A DNA stretch of 63,966 nucleotides, filler included, from Caldilineae bacterium (GCA_037446815.1; 3 parts of 3 records of this genome joined end to end with filler, not necessarily neighbours in it), one strand, 5' to 3'. Shown: positions 40,464 through 51,001, counted from the first letter of the whole stretch. Made by a program: numbers and translations. Notes: generated from the sequence alone by a model not told the origin.

Positions 40464-42176
40464 CTAGTCCTGGCGAGCGGGATTCGCCTCCGGGCGCGCG
40501 GCCACCAGCATGACGTTGAGCAGCGTGCGGCGCACGTAGCGGACATCCAGCCCCGCGGCACGCACCCAGTCCGGCAGGGCGCGCTCTACCCGCAGCCACG
40601 CCTGGTACGTGTTCCACTCCTCCGCCAGGCTCGTGCGGCGGTGTCGGGTCTCGCCCCACAGCGAACCCAGCGGCGAGAACGTGAGCGCGTCCAACGCCCG
40701 CCGCGCCCAGGATGCCGCCGGCTCCACCACGGCGAGCACCCCGCCGGGGCGCAGCACGCGGGCGATCTCGGCGAGCGCGGCCTCGGCGTCCAGGTGGTGC
40801 AGCACGCCATCCACCAGCACCGCGTCAAACGCGTCGTCGGCGAAGGGCATGCGCAGCCCATCGGCGGCTACGGCGCGGGGCGGGCGGCCTGCACGGAGCA
40901 GGCGCAGCGAGTAGTCCATGCTGACCACGCGGCGGCAGCCCAAGCCGGCCAGCAGGCGCGTATTGATGCCGTCGCCGCACCCGTAGTCCAGAATCCGCCA
41001 TTCGGGCGCGAAGCCAAAGGCGCGCAGCCTGCGGAGCCTGCGGCCTTCGCCGCGCCGCACGTGGAGATAGGCCGCATCCCACTCCGCCTGCCCATGCTGG
41101 GATTCCAACCCGAACGCCTGGACGTACTCCCGCGCCAGGCGATCCCAGCGGTAGCGCGCCCGCGTGAACTCCCGCGCGCGCGCCGCCAGGTCTGCCCGCA
41201 CCGCGCCGTCGGTCAGCAGCCCGTGAATCGCCGCGACCCACGCCTCCGCGTCCAGCGGCGGCACGAGGACGCCGTTCGCGCCATCCACCACCGCGTCAGG
41301 AATACCCTCCAGCCGCGAGGCCACCACGGGCAACCCGCGCGATGCCGCCTCCAGCGCCACGATGCCGAACCCCTCCATGTCGCCCGAGATGGGGATATTG
41401 GGCATGACAAACAGGGTGGCGGCGGCGTACAGGTCTTCCAGAAGATTGTCCGGCACGCGCCCCAGGAGCACCACCCGCTCGTGCATCTTGCCCTCGCGGA
41501 TGATGCGGCGCACGGTGTGCCGCTCCGGCCCATCCCCGACGACGATACAGAGGAGACTCGGGTGCAACCGCGCCAGCCGGGGGATGACCTCCCGCACGAA
41601 CCACGCCACGCCCTTGCGCGGCACCAATCGTCCCACGGCCAGGAGCACCGGCCGGTCGCGCAGTTCCAACGTCAGCGCCAGGCGGAGTTTCTCGCGCGCC
41701 AGGGGGCGATCCGTCGGCTCCTCGGGCGCGTGCACGCCGATGGGGATGATGCGGCAGCGGTCGGGGGCCACGCCCTTGGCGAGACACGCTTCGCGCGCGG
41801 CCTGGCTGATGGCGATGACCGCGTCGGCGCGGCGCACGCAGGGGAGCACCACCGCCTGGTACACGCGGCGCGGGTACAGGATGTCCAGCCCGTGGGCGGT
41901 GAGGCCCCACCTGCGCCCCGTCAGCCGCGCCAGGGCCAGGCCCAGCGGCGCCAAGACCGGGTCGCTGACGTGGATGAACCGCACGGGCAGGGTCGTGCAG
42001 GCCCACAGGCCGCGGACGAAGGCTAGCGCGGCGAAGAGCGGCCACCCCCAACGCGGCCCGCGCCAGGCGATGATCCGCGTCGGCGCGATGTCGCCCACGG
42101 CGCGGGTCATCTCGTAACTCAACTTCTCCATCCCGCCCACCGACGGCGGATACTTGCGCGTGATGAACAGAATCAT
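40464..42176 (-). CDS. GT4 glycosyltransferase fused to a class I SAM methyltransferase
   Basis: YPPSVGGME, VGRLVPRKG, EGFGIVALEA; C-terminal LDYGCGDG, MPFADDAFD, RVLRPGG. Confidence 0.85.
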   Translation of the reverse strand: MILFITRKYPPSVGGMEKLSYEMTRAVGDIAPTRIIAWRGPRWGWPLFAALAFVRGLWACTTLPVRFIHVSDPVLAPLGLALARLTGRRWGLTAHGLDILYPRRVYQAVVLPCVRRADAVIAISQAAREACLAKGVAPDRCRIIPIGVHAPEEPTDRPLAREKLRLALTLELRDRPVLLAVGRLVPRKGVAWFVREVIPRLARLHPSLLCIVVGDGPERHTVRRIIREGKMHERVVLLGRVPDNLLEDLYAAATLFVMPNIPISGDMEGFGIVALEAASRGLPVVASRLEGIPDAVVDGANGVLVPPLDAEAWVAAIHGLLTDGAVRADLAARAREFTRARYRWDRLAREYVQAFGLESQHGQAEWDAAYLHVRRGEGRRLRRLRAFGFAPEWRILDYGCGDGINTRLLAGLGCRRVVSMDYSLRLLRAGRPPRAVAADGLRMPFADDAFDAVLVDGVLHHLDAEAALAEIARVLRPGGVLAVVEPAASWARRALDALTFSPLGSLWGETRHRRTSLAEEWNTYQAWLRVERALPDWVRAAGLDVRYVRRTLLNVMLVAARPEANPARQD

Positions 42177-42934
42177 GTCCGTTTGCGCAGCACGAACTCG
42201 GCGTGCCAGGTGAGGAACTCGCCGATGACCGGCCACGCGGCTGTGTTGACTGCGGAGAAGCGCGTGGACAGGGAATGTATCTGCCAGCCTGCCTGGGCAG
42301 CCCAGCGTCGCACGGCAGCGATCGTTACGCGGTGGAGGCCGAACCCGTGGTACGCGCGGCCGTAGGTGTCGGCGTCGGCGACGATTCCGCGCTGCCATGC
42401 GGGCACCCTCCGCGCGCGTGTGTGGCGATACATCCAGATGGCCGCCCGCTCGCCCAGCAGGTGGAAGGGGGCGAATTGATGCCCCCCTCGCGGGCTGTAG
42501 AACGGCGGAAAACTCACGTACCCGTACCCGCCGGGGCGCACCACCCGCCACGCCTCGCGCAACAGCGCCGCGCCATCGGGCACGTGCTCAATCAAACTCG
42601 CGCAGAACACCAGGTCAAAGGCGCCGTCGGCGAAGGGCAGGGCCAGCGCATCCGCGCAGACCCGCGGCCAGGCTCGCGGCAGCCGCGCAAGCACCGGCAG
42701 CGACAGGTCGGCGGCCACGACGCGCGCGCCGTGTTCGCGCAGCGCCTCGGTGTACCCGCCCAGGCCGCACCCCAAGTCCAGCACGCGGCGGCCTGCAACG
42801 CGCACGCCTTGCGCCTCTAGGCGGCGGAGCACCATCCTGCCCTGGTGCGCCTGGAATTGGCGGTAGGCTTCGGGCGACTGCCCCCGCCGCCGCGCAAGGG
42901 CGAGCAATCGCTTCCACTCACTCACCTGCGCCAC
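42173..42934 (-). CDS. Class I SAM-dependent methyltransferase
   Basis: VLDLGCGLG, LPFADGAFD, IEHV, RVVRPGG. Confidence 0.9.
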   Translation of the reverse strand: MAQVSEWKRLLALARRRGQSPEAYRQFQAHQGRMVLRRLEAQGVRVAGRRVLDLGCGLGGYTEALREHGARVVAADLSLPVLARLPRAWPRVCADALALPFADGAFDLVFCASLIEHVPDGAALLREAWRVVRPGGYGYVSFPPFYSPRGGHQFAPFHLLGERAAIWMYRHTRARRVPAWQRGIVADADTYGRAYHGFGLHRVTIAAVRRWAAQAGWQIHSLSTRFSAVNTAAWPVIGEFLTWHAEFVLRKRT

Positions 42935-43796
42935 CTTGCGGCCCGTTCAGCCGCTTCACAATCAAATCGGCCAACATCCCCAACGCGCCGATTTGGACGC
43001 CGGTCAGGATCAGCGTAACGGTGGAGGGGGCGAAGTGCCAATTGTAGGTGATGATGTCGTAGATAGCCTTTCCCCCGCCGAACAGGAGCAGGAACAGGCT
43101 GATGGGCAGGAAGACCTTGAGCGGGTTGAAGTACACGATGGCACGCACAACCAGCGTGAGATAGTTGTACGTGTCGCGGATGGGGTGGAACGTGGAGCGT
43201 CCCTTGCGCGGATAGTAGTCAATCGGGATGAAGTTGACCGTGTACCCGTTGGTGAGGAAGGCGATGGTGATGGTGCTGACCCACGAGTGGGTCGCCGGCA
43301 GGACGTTCAGGAAGCGCATGGCCGGCCCCTTGCGGAACGCGCGAAAGCCGGAGTTCAGGTCCGGGATGCGCGTCGCCGTGAGATACGAGGCGAGCAGGCG
43401 GATGAACGTCTTGGCGGGCGCGCGGAGCCATTTCAGCGTCCCCGCCTCCTTCTTCCGCGCACCGATGACCATGTCGTACCCTTCCAGCGCGGCAACGAGA
43501 CGGGGCATGTCGTGATTCGGGTAGGTGCCGTCGGCGTCGGTCATCACGATGATGTCGCCGCGCGCGGCCTTGACGCCGGTCGTGCGGGCCGCGCCCGTGC
43601 CGCGGTTGCGCGGATGGGTGATGACGCGCACGTTGGGAAAACCGCGCGCGATTTCCGCCGTCCGGTCCGTGGAGCCATCGTCCACGACGATGACCTCGTA
43701 CTCCAGCCCCGCGCCGTCCAGCGCCGCCTGCACCGCCCGCAGGTCGTCGCCGATGGCCAGTTCCTCGTTGTATGCAGGAATCACCACGCTAATCAT
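42918..43796 (-). CDS. GT2 glycosyltransferase (polyprenol-phosphate glycosyltransferase-like)
   Basis: VVIPAYNEE, VDDGSTD, DADG, DLNSGFRAF; two C-terminal TMs. Confidence 0.9.
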   Translation of the reverse strand: MISVVIPAYNEELAIGDDLRAVQAALDGAGLEYEVIVVDDGSTDRTAEIARGFPNVRVITHPRNRGTGAARTTGVKAARGDIIVMTDADGTYPNHDMPRLVAALEGYDMVIGARKKEAGTLKWLRAPAKTFIRLLASYLTATRIPDLNSGFRAFRKGPAMRFLNVLPATHSWVSTITIAFLTNGYTVNFIPIDYYPRKGRSTFHPIRDTYNYLTLVVRAIVYFNPLKVFLPISLFLLLFGGGKAIYDIITYNWHFAPSTVTLILTGVQIGALGMLADLIVKRLNGPQGGAGE

Positions 43797-44959
43797 GCCT
43801 GTTGCGCCACTCCCTTCTGCGCCAGCATCCGCAACGTGTCCACGATGCGCCACAGGTAGTCGCTGGCGAACAGGATAACCAGTGGCAGGAACGGGTAGAA
43901 GTATCGGTCCGTGGGCCACAGGAGCAGGTTCACACCCAACTGCGCCGCCATGAGCAACAGCACCAACAGGCGCACCTTGTTCAGGGCGTCGTCGCGGTAG
44001 CGCACCAGCCACGATGCAACGAACAACGCGCCCGCGACCGCGCTCCCGCCGCCCAAAACGAGTAGGATATCCTTGACGTAGTGGTGCGCCGACGCCTGCA
44101 CCTTGCCCCAGAAGTCCGCCCAATGGGAGAACACGTAGGCCCACGGGCTGGCGGGGAGCGCCAACATCCGATGGAAGTCGTAGGTCTCCTTGAAGTCGCC
44201 CACGCCGGTCAGCAGGCCGTAGGACGGATCGCCCACGGGCAGAAAGCGCCCCGCGCCGACCCACGTCGTCAGGGCGAACAGGGCCGCGAACCCCGCAACG
44301 AACGCGCCCGCGCGCTGCCATCGCGCCTTCCGTGCAAGCGCGGCGACGATGGCGAACGGCAAGGCGTACAGCACGCCCACAGGCCGCACCGCCTGGCCCA
44401 TGCCCAGCAAAGCCCCCGCTGCCGCCATCCAGCCCACCGCCGCCCAGCCCGCGCGCCGCCACCCCAGGACGAAGCAGTAGATGCTCGCGAGCAGCACCAC
44501 GGTGAACAGCGGCTCTGTGAGGCCCGACACGCCGTAGTACAGCGTATCGCTCCCCAGCGCGAACGCCAGCGCCGCCACCAGGCCAACCCGCGTATCAAAC
44601 CACCTGCGGCCCAGCGCGAACACCAGCAGCGCCGCCAGCACCGTCGGCAATGCCGAGGCCAGCGCCACCGCTATGTCGCTCTCCCCGAACAGGCGCATGG
44701 CCCCCGCGATGACCAGCGGGTGCAGGAAGTGCGGGTAGCGTTTCGCCGGATTGTAGCCTTCTGTGGCCAGTTCGTAGGGCAGGTACTGCCGCCAGGCGAA
44801 CCCCTGGCCGCGCAGGTACTCCCTGGCGACGGCTGCGTAGCGCATGGCGTCGGGCGACGAGATGCGGGTGAACGCACGCGCTCCGTAGGCGTACAGCGCC
44901 AGCGCCGCAACCAGCGCAACGAGCAAGGCGAGCAGCCACGATGTCCAGCGGCCCCTCAT
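43793..44959 (-). CDS. ArnT/PMT-like (GT-C) membrane glycosyltransferase, TM core
   Basis: DAMRYAAVAR, LHPLVIA, LTEPLF, DRYFYPFLP; many TM helices. Confidence 0.8.
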   Translation of the reverse strand: MRGRWTSWLLALLVALVAALALYAYGARAFTRISSPDAMRYAAVAREYLRGQGFAWRQYLPYELATEGYNPAKRYPHFLHPLVIAGAMRLFGESDIAVALASALPTVLAALLVFALGRRWFDTRVGLVAALAFALGSDTLYYGVSGLTEPLFTVVLLASIYCFVLGWRRAGWAAVGWMAAAGALLGMGQAVRPVGVLYALPFAIVAALARKARWQRAGAFVAGFAALFALTTWVGAGRFLPVGDPSYGLLTGVGDFKETYDFHRMLALPASPWAYVFSHWADFWGKVQASAHHYVKDILLVLGGGSAVAGALFVASWLVRYRDDALNKVRLLVLLLMAAQLGVNLLLWPTDRYFYPFLPLVILFASDYLWRIVDTLRMLAQKGVAQQA

Positions 44960-45453
44960 TGCTGCGGCTCCTGTTTCAGGTACAGCACCGCGCGCAGGCC
45001 ATGGGCGCTGACGTACTCTTTGACGACGGTGAACTCGCCGAAGGCTTTGGGCTTGGCGTACAGGTTGCGCCAAACGGGATTGGTCTTCGCCGAGGCGTTC
45101 AGGTACGTTGGCGTGAGGAAGACGGCGTCCACCCCCACGTACCGCCGCTCAATCTCCTCCAGGGTCTCCGTGTCCACGGGAAACCACAGGCTGGTGCGGT
45201 CGCCGTACCACGAGACCAGCCAGTAAGCATCGCTGGCGACGACGGCGTCGGGCGGCGTGTTGGCCTGGAGGAACGCCCCAATCTCGCGGTAGTCCGCCTC
45301 CACGATGGCGGACGGTTCTCCCTCCAGCGGCGACCACGGGAACGCAGGCGACGGGTAAAGCAGCAGCACGAGCAGAACGGCAAGGGCAGCCCATGAAGCC
45401 CACCCTGCCCGCGGGCGCGAGACGAGAGCGCGGTCATCCAGGGGCGCGCTCAT
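44956..45453 (-). CDS. Membrane-anchored protein resembling the C-terminal extracytoplasmic domain of ArnT-like enzymes
   Basis: One TM then FLQANTPPDAVVASD...SWYGDR; overlaps both neighbours by 4 nt. Confidence 0.65.
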   Translation of the reverse strand: MSAPLDDRALVSRPRAGWASWAALAVLLVLLLYPSPAFPWSPLEGEPSAIVEADYREIGAFLQANTPPDAVVASDAYWLVSWYGDRTSLWFPVDTETLEEIERRYVGVDAVFLTPTYLNASAKTNPVWRNLYAKPKAFGEFTVVKEYVSAHGLRAVLYLKQEPQQ

Positions 45454-46619
45454 GACCCCTCCTCGTCGGTGAGGACTCGCGTCGTGGCGGCCTTCTCCCA
45501 CACCTGCACCCGTTCGCCGCGCAGGAAGCGCAAGGCCCCCTGTACCGCCGCGAAGTTCACCACGCAGAAGTAATAGGGCACGTAGAACAGAATCACCCGC
45601 TTGCGCCGACTTTGCAGCCACGCGCCCACCAGCGCCGCCGCGTAGAATGCCAGTTGCAGCCCCATCGTAACGCGGAAGAAAGCCGATGACAGCAGGAACA
45701 CGTTGAGCACAATAAGGGCCATGATGAGATACGGCACCACGTACCGCAGGTGTCGGTGCGACACGAGTTTGACCGAGGTCAGCCCGTACCGAAAGAGGTT
45801 CAGCAGGTCCACGTGTTCGGTGAGCGCGCGGATTGCGCGGGCGACGCTACGGTGCTTGCGGCCGTACTCGTCGGCGGCGGTGAGCGACGTCTCCTCGTAG
45901 GCCACGGCCCCCGGCTCGTGCACCGTGCGCAGCCCCCGGCGAATTTGGGTAAGCGGAAGCCACAGGTCGGCGCCCGTGTGCTCGGGCACGGGCACGAAAT
46001 GTCGGCGCGGGACCGCGTAGATGGCCCCGTTGCCGTTGATGATGTTGCCCGTCTCGCTCTCCTTGCGCTTGATCCAGGTCTCGTAGCGCCAGTACAGCCC
46101 CTCGCCCGCGCCGATGGCCGACCGCGGCTTGCGGTAGCGCAGTTCGCCGCTCACGTAGCCCACCTTCGGGTCGGCCAGGTTGCGCACCAACTTCGCCACC
46201 GCATCCGGCTCGTACATGGAGTTGGCGTCCGAGAAGACCAGGACTTCGCCCGCCGCCATCTCCACCGTGCGGTTCTGGGCATGGGACTTGCCGCGCCGCT
46301 CCGCCACAGCGTTGAGGCGCACGCCCTGTCCCGCGAATTCGGCGACGATTGCATCGGTGCGATCCGTGGAGGCGTCGGACGCGACCCAAATCTCCAACTT
46401 GTCGCGGGGATAGTCCAGCGCCAGGGAGTTCTCCAACTTCTCGCGGATGCAGGCCTCCTCGTTGTGCGCGGCGATGATGAGCGACACGCTCGGCCGGATG
46501 TCGGCCCGCGGGAGGCGCTTGGGACGGATGCGGGCGAGGACGCCCAACAGCGCCGGATACCCCGCATACGTGTACACCACCAGAACGGCGAGCGCCCACC
46601 AAATGATGGCCAGAATCAT
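45450..46619 (-). CDS. GT2 glycosyltransferase (processive-type, IcaA/PgaC-like)
   Basis: YAGYP, IIAAHNEE, SDASTD, FSDAN, YWRYE, NGAIYA. Confidence 0.88.
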   Translation of the reverse strand: MILAIIWWALAVLVVYTYAGYPALLGVLARIRPKRLPRADIRPSVSLIIAAHNEEACIREKLENSLALDYPRDKLEIWVASDASTDRTDAIVAEFAGQGVRLNAVAERRGKSHAQNRTVEMAAGEVLVFSDANSMYEPDAVAKLVRNLADPKVGYVSGELRYRKPRSAIGAGEGLYWRYETWIKRKESETGNIINGNGAIYAVPRRHFVPVPEHTGADLWLPLTQIRRGLRTVHEPGAVAYEETSLTAADEYGRKHRSVARAIRALTEHVDLLNLFRYGLTSVKLVSHRHLRYVVPYLIMALIVLNVFLLSSAFFRVTMGLQLAFYAAALVGAWLQSRRKRVILFYVPYYFCVVNFAAVQGALRFLRGERVQVWEKAATTRVLTDEEGS

Positions 46620-48079
46620 GCCCTTCCTCCGCTTGTATCGCGGACGGCCGGCTCTTGGCGCGCCGCGCGCATGGCGACGATTTGCAGGGCCAGCAGCGCC
46701 CAGAACACCTCCGCCACCGAACTCACGCCCAGCAAGGTGTCCGCCTCAAAGATCTCGTGAACGATGCGGCTGATGCCCGCGCCCAGAATGCCCACCATAA
46801 TCGGATAGGCCCAGGCAACCCGCCGCGTCGCCTTCGCGTATCGCAGCGATGACGCCAGGAACAGGCACACAAACCAGAAGTACAGCGCAACGCCCGGCAG
46901 CCCCTGTTCCACCGCCATGTTCAGCAGCAGGTTGTGGGGATTGTCCACGGTCTTCCAGAAACTCAAGCCGTACTCCGGATATGTGGCCGTCCAGGTGTAG
47001 AACCCGATGCCAGCCAGCAGATGATCGCGGGCAATCTCCACCGCCGTCTGCCAGATTTCCCACCGTCCCGACAACGTAACGTCCAGCGAATCGTAGATGC
47101 GCAGGTAGCGCGACAACGCCTCTTGCTCATAAGTATACAGGATGCCCCCCAAGCAGAGCAAGAGGATGATGGCCAGCAGGATGAGGAAGAGGCGGTTGCG
47201 GCGCAAGAGGAGCAACATAACCCCCGCCGCGGCAGCGACGCCCATGAGCGCCCCCCGCGACCCCGCCCACAGCATCACCAGCCCCATCAGGGCGAGGAGC
47301 GCCGCCAGAGCCGCCCGCCAATACCAGCGAATCTTGCCCAGCAACAGCACGGCCAACGCGATGGGAAACAGGGTGCCCAGGTAGCCGCCCAGGGCGTTGG
47401 GGTTGTTCAGCACGGAAAACAGCCGCCGCCCGATGATCTCGTAGTAAATGATGATCTTCTGGCGTATGTATTCCGAGCCGAACAAGCCATACCCAAACTG
47501 CTTCTGCAGGATGCCGTACACGGTTACGAACGCCGCCACGCCCAGCATGGCGTAGATGAGCCACACCACGGTTCGGCGGCCGTCCACGCGATTGACGATG
47601 AGGGTGAAGAAGCCGAAGATGAGGGCCGACTGCACCACGCTCCGCGCGCTGCCCAGCGGATCGCGAGACAGCGCTGTGGACAGCGTGGCCGACGCGAGAA
47701 ATGCCAGGATGAAGGCATCGTAGGGCGAGCGCCGCCATCGCGCGTCGTGGCGAATGCAGCGGCGGGCGAACTCCATGCCCAGCAACAGCGCCATCACCGC
47801 CAGTTTGATGACCTTGCTCTGCATCAGCGAGAGCGGGCCGATGGTCTCCACCGGCAGCAAGAGGATGAGGCCGTACATCACCGCGCGCGGCCAGACGAAG
47901 GCGACGATGATAAGCGCCAGGCCGCCGAGAATCGCGACGAACGCCTGCAGGCCCGTGCCGTTGCGCGAGGCCATCAGCGCGCCCGCGCCAACGATGAGCC
48001 CCGCCCCCGCGGCCAGGGCGAGCGGCAACGCATTCCGAAGCGTGGCCCGAGGTTCGCCGCTGCGCGCCTGCGCCGTCAT
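46616..48079 (-). CDS. O-antigen ligase / Wzy-type polymerase
   Basis: NPNALGGYL, SRGA, GRWEIW, PHNLLL...EQGLPG. Confidence 0.88.
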   Translation of the reverse strand: MTAQARSGEPRATLRNALPLALAAGAGLIVGAGALMASRNGTGLQAFVAILGGLALIIVAFVWPRAVMYGLILLLPVETIGPLSLMQSKVIKLAVMALLLGMEFARRCIRHDARWRRSPYDAFILAFLASATLSTALSRDPLGSARSVVQSALIFGFFTLIVNRVDGRRTVVWLIYAMLGVAAFVTVYGILQKQFGYGLFGSEYIRQKIIIYYEIIGRRLFSVLNNPNALGGYLGTLFPIALAVLLLGKIRWYWRAALAALLALMGLVMLWAGSRGALMGVAAAAGVMLLLLRRNRLFLILLAIILLLCLGGILYTYEQEALSRYLRIYDSLDVTLSGRWEIWQTAVEIARDHLLAGIGFYTWTATYPEYGLSFWKTVDNPHNLLLNMAVEQGLPGVALYFWFVCLFLASSLRYAKATRRVAWAYPIMVGILGAGISRIVHEIFEADTLLGVSSVAEVFWALLALQIVAMRAARQEPAVRDTSGGRA

Positions 48080-49665
48080 GCCTGCACCTCCTCGCCAGCA
48101 GCGCGCCGCCGGAACCGCCGCCCCAGCGCCGACGCGACGGCCCCCGCGTCCTCCACCCGCAGCACGGCCAGCGCGCCCACGTAGACCACCCCACACGCCA
48201 CAATCAGCACCACGACCTGCGCCCAAGCCGCCGCCCAGACGCCGCCCATCGCGCCCAGCCGCCCCAGCGCGAGATAGGCCACGGCCCCGCCCGCCAGGGC
48301 CGCCGCCAGAATCTTGCCCACGTCGCGGTAGATGGCGGCCTCGCGGAAGCAGCGCACCTCGTGGCGCAGCGTGTACGCCACGATGAGCACCTCCAACGTG
48401 GCTGCAATGGACGTGCCCAGCGGCATAGCAATGAAGCCCAGCGCCGGCATCAGCGCGGCCTTCGCGGCGATGTTGATGGCGATGGCGATGACGGAAACGC
48501 CCAGCGCCGTCTTGTATCGCTGGAACGCAAACAGCGCCCGATAGAACACGAGGCTCAACGCCGAAGCGAACAAGCCGATGAGTTGATAGTTCATGGCCAC
48601 GGTGGTGAGCGCCGTGTCCTCGGGCCGGAATGCGCCGCGCTCAAACAGCAAGCGCACGAGCGGTTGGCCCGCCGCCATGAGGCCCACCTGCACCGGCAGC
48701 ACGATGAGGGCAGTCAGCCGTATGGCGAAGCGAATCAGTCGATCCAAATCCTCGCGCCGATCTCCGGAAACCATCTCCGCGAGATAGGGGAAGATCACCA
48801 CACCCAGGGCCGCCACCGTTACCCCCGAGAACGCCTTGATGACCTTGTCGGCGTAACTCAGGAGCGCGATAGTCCCCTGCGGAAGCATGGACGCTAGGAA
48901 CCGATCCACGACGAGGTAGAGGTACAGGTTGGCCTGCACCGGAATCATGATGAGGCCCGCGCCCACCAGCGCCCGCACCTGGGGCGAGCGAGCGTCGCGC
49001 AAGGACCAGAAGGGCAGGCCGCCGCGCACCCACGAGGGAACCAGCATGGCCGCCTGGAGAATAGCGCCGACCAGCACCCCTGCCGCTGCCGCCCGAATCC
49101 CGTACCGCGTCGCGAAGCCGACCAGGGCGATCACGCCCGCCAGGTTGAATACAACCTTGGCCAACGCGGGCAAGACGAAACGCTTAAGCGAGAAAAGCCA
49201 TGAACACGCAACCCACGCCAGCGACAGCAGGAGCACGATGGGCACCATCACGCCGAAAAGGTCCACCGCCAGGCGCGCGGTCGCGGCATCCAGGCCGGGC
49301 GCTTGCAGGCGGATGATGGCGGGCGCGCCCAGCCACATCAGCGCCGACAGCGTCCCTAGCGAAAGCACCAGCACCGTGTTGGTGCCCGCCAACAGGCGCT
49401 TCCCCTCGTCGGTGTCGGGTCGCGCCCGCTCCAGCGCCGGCACAAGCACCAGCGGCAACACCGTCGTCATGATGGTGTACAGCACCAGGGGCAACGCATA
49501 CGCCACCAGATAGGCGTCGGCCTCCGCGCCCGTGCCGAAGTAGTAGGCGATGAGCACTTCGCGCAGAAACGCGACGCCGATGGCTGCCGCGTTGAAAATC
49601 ATTTGTATAAGCGATGCCTTGAGGATGCCCCTCTTCGTCAAGAATCCCCCTGTCAACCGGCTCAC
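48076..49665 (-). CDS. MurJ/MviN-family (MOP) flippase in a polysaccharide cluster
   Basis: FLRE..IAYYFG....DAY, VDRFLASML, LFERGAF; GTGA overlap with the wzz-like gene. Confidence 0.85.
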   Translation of the reverse strand: MSRLTGGFLTKRGILKASLIQMIFNAAAIGVAFLREVLIAYYFGTGAEADAYLVAYALPLVLYTIMTTVLPLVLVPALERARPDTDEGKRLLAGTNTVLVLSLGTLSALMWLGAPAIIRLQAPGLDAATARLAVDLFGVMVPIVLLLSLAWVACSWLFSLKRFVLPALAKVVFNLAGVIALVGFATRYGIRAAAAGVLVGAILQAAMLVPSWVRGGLPFWSLRDARSPQVRALVGAGLIMIPVQANLYLYLVVDRFLASMLPQGTIALLSYADKVIKAFSGVTVAALGVVIFPYLAEMVSGDRREDLDRLIRFAIRLTALIVLPVQVGLMAAGQPLVRLLFERGAFRPEDTALTTVAMNYQLIGLFASALSLVFYRALFAFQRYKTALGVSVIAIAINIAAKAALMPALGFIAMPLGTSIAATLEVLIVAYTLRHEVRCFREAAIYRDVGKILAAALAGGAVAYLALGRLGAMGGVWAAAWAQVVVLIVACGVVYVGALAVLRVEDAGAVASALGRRFRRRAAGEEVQA

Positions 49666-50876
49666 CGGGGACGGAGCGCCTCGGCGACCAGCGCGGCGAG
49701 AATGCCGACGATGCCGCCTCCCACCAGCGCCAGCGCCAGCACCAGCGCGGGCTTCGGCCACGACGGCTCCGAAGGCGGGGCCGCCTGCCCCACAACCTTC
49801 ACCTCCGGCTCCTCCAGCGCTGCCTGCACCTTCGCCTCGTCCAATTTGCGCGATACGGACTCAAATGTATCCCGCGCCATGTCGCGCGCGAGGAGCAGCC
49901 GGTCGTACTCGTTGCGCTCTGCCTCCAACTGTTGCTGAATGCCGGCGATCTGCTTCGGCAGGGCCAGCGCCTCCTCCTGCGCCTGTTGTTTGCGCGCATC
50001 CAGGGCCGCGGCGAATTGGTTCAGGTGCCCCTCCAGTTCCGATGCCGACATGGCCGAGAGGGCATCGCTGGACACGCTGAACTGTAACTGCACAGGCATC
50101 GTCGTTTGTGGACTGACGGCGAGCGCCTCCATGATGAGGGTCTGGAACTGGCCCGCCACCGAGCGGGCATCCGTGGGCTGCGCCTGAAGCCGCGTCTGGA
50201 GCGAACGGGCGTCCGCCGCCAGCATGTCCAGCCTGTCGGCCAGCGACAGGCGGTCGGCTAGCGCCGTGGATGCGGCCTCCAGTTGCTTCTCAAGGGCGGT
50301 GATCTGGCTGCGAGCCTGGAACTCCGCCAGCGCCTGCTCGGCCTGGAGCAGGGCGGTCTGCGCGGCGGCGACCTGCGCCTGCAACGGCGCGATGTTCGGC
50401 GCGGCCGAACTGAACAGCGCGTTCAGTTGCTCCGCGTACAGGCTCGCCCACGTGTTGGCCAGAGTCGCCGCGTGTTCGGGCGTGGAGTTCTTTCCCGTGA
50501 ACTGGATGACCCCGCTGTCGGCCTTGATGGCCATCTGCTTCTCCAAGTCCTCCAGGCTGATGTTCCAGCCGAGTTCCTGGAGGACTCGGGTCTTCAGGCT
50601 CTCGTTGGTGGCCAGGGCGGTGTACGCGTTGGCGGCGACTACGCCCAGGGGCAGGGTGCCGCTGCTTGCCGCCGTCAGCGACCGCAGCCGCTCGTCAAAA
50701 TCCAGCACGTAGCGCGGCTTCGTAACGGCGACTGTGGCAGTCGCCTGGTACTCGGGAGGCCACAGAAACGCGATGAGCACTCCGGCGACGACGGCTACGG
50801 CGGCAACGATGGCGATGAGGCGCCAGTGGCGGGCCATCGCCTGGAAGAAGGCGCGAAGGTCCAATTCTTCGTCCAT
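49662..50876 (-). CDS. Wzz/GumC-family polysaccharide chain-length determinant
   Basis: EELDLR, TM1, PPEYQATA, coiled coil, PPSEPSWPK, TM2. Confidence 0.85.
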   Translation of the reverse strand: MDEELDLRAFFQAMARHWRLIAIVAAVAVVAGVLIAFLWPPEYQATATVAVTKPRYVLDFDERLRSLTAASSGTLPLGVVAANAYTALATNESLKTRVLQELGWNISLEDLEKQMAIKADSGVIQFTGKNSTPEHAATLANTWASLYAEQLNALFSSAAPNIAPLQAQVAAAQTALLQAEQALAEFQARSQITALEKQLEAASTALADRLSLADRLDMLAADARSLQTRLQAQPTDARSVAGQFQTLIMEALAVSPQTTMPVQLQFSVSSDALSAMSASELEGHLNQFAAALDARKQQAQEEALALPKQIAGIQQQLEAERNEYDRLLLARDMARDTFESVSRKLDEAKVQAALEEPEVKVVGQAAPPSEPSWPKPALVLALALVGGGIVGILAALVAEALRPR

Positions 50877-51001
50877 CAGCATATCCTTTCTGCTTCGGTT
50901 CAGATAAGGCAGACAGGGAGCGCCAGATGCGGCCCGTGTGCACTCCCTGCGCGCGCTAGTTTATCCGAGAGGCGCTTCGGTGTCAATCGCTCCGGCTTCA
51001 A

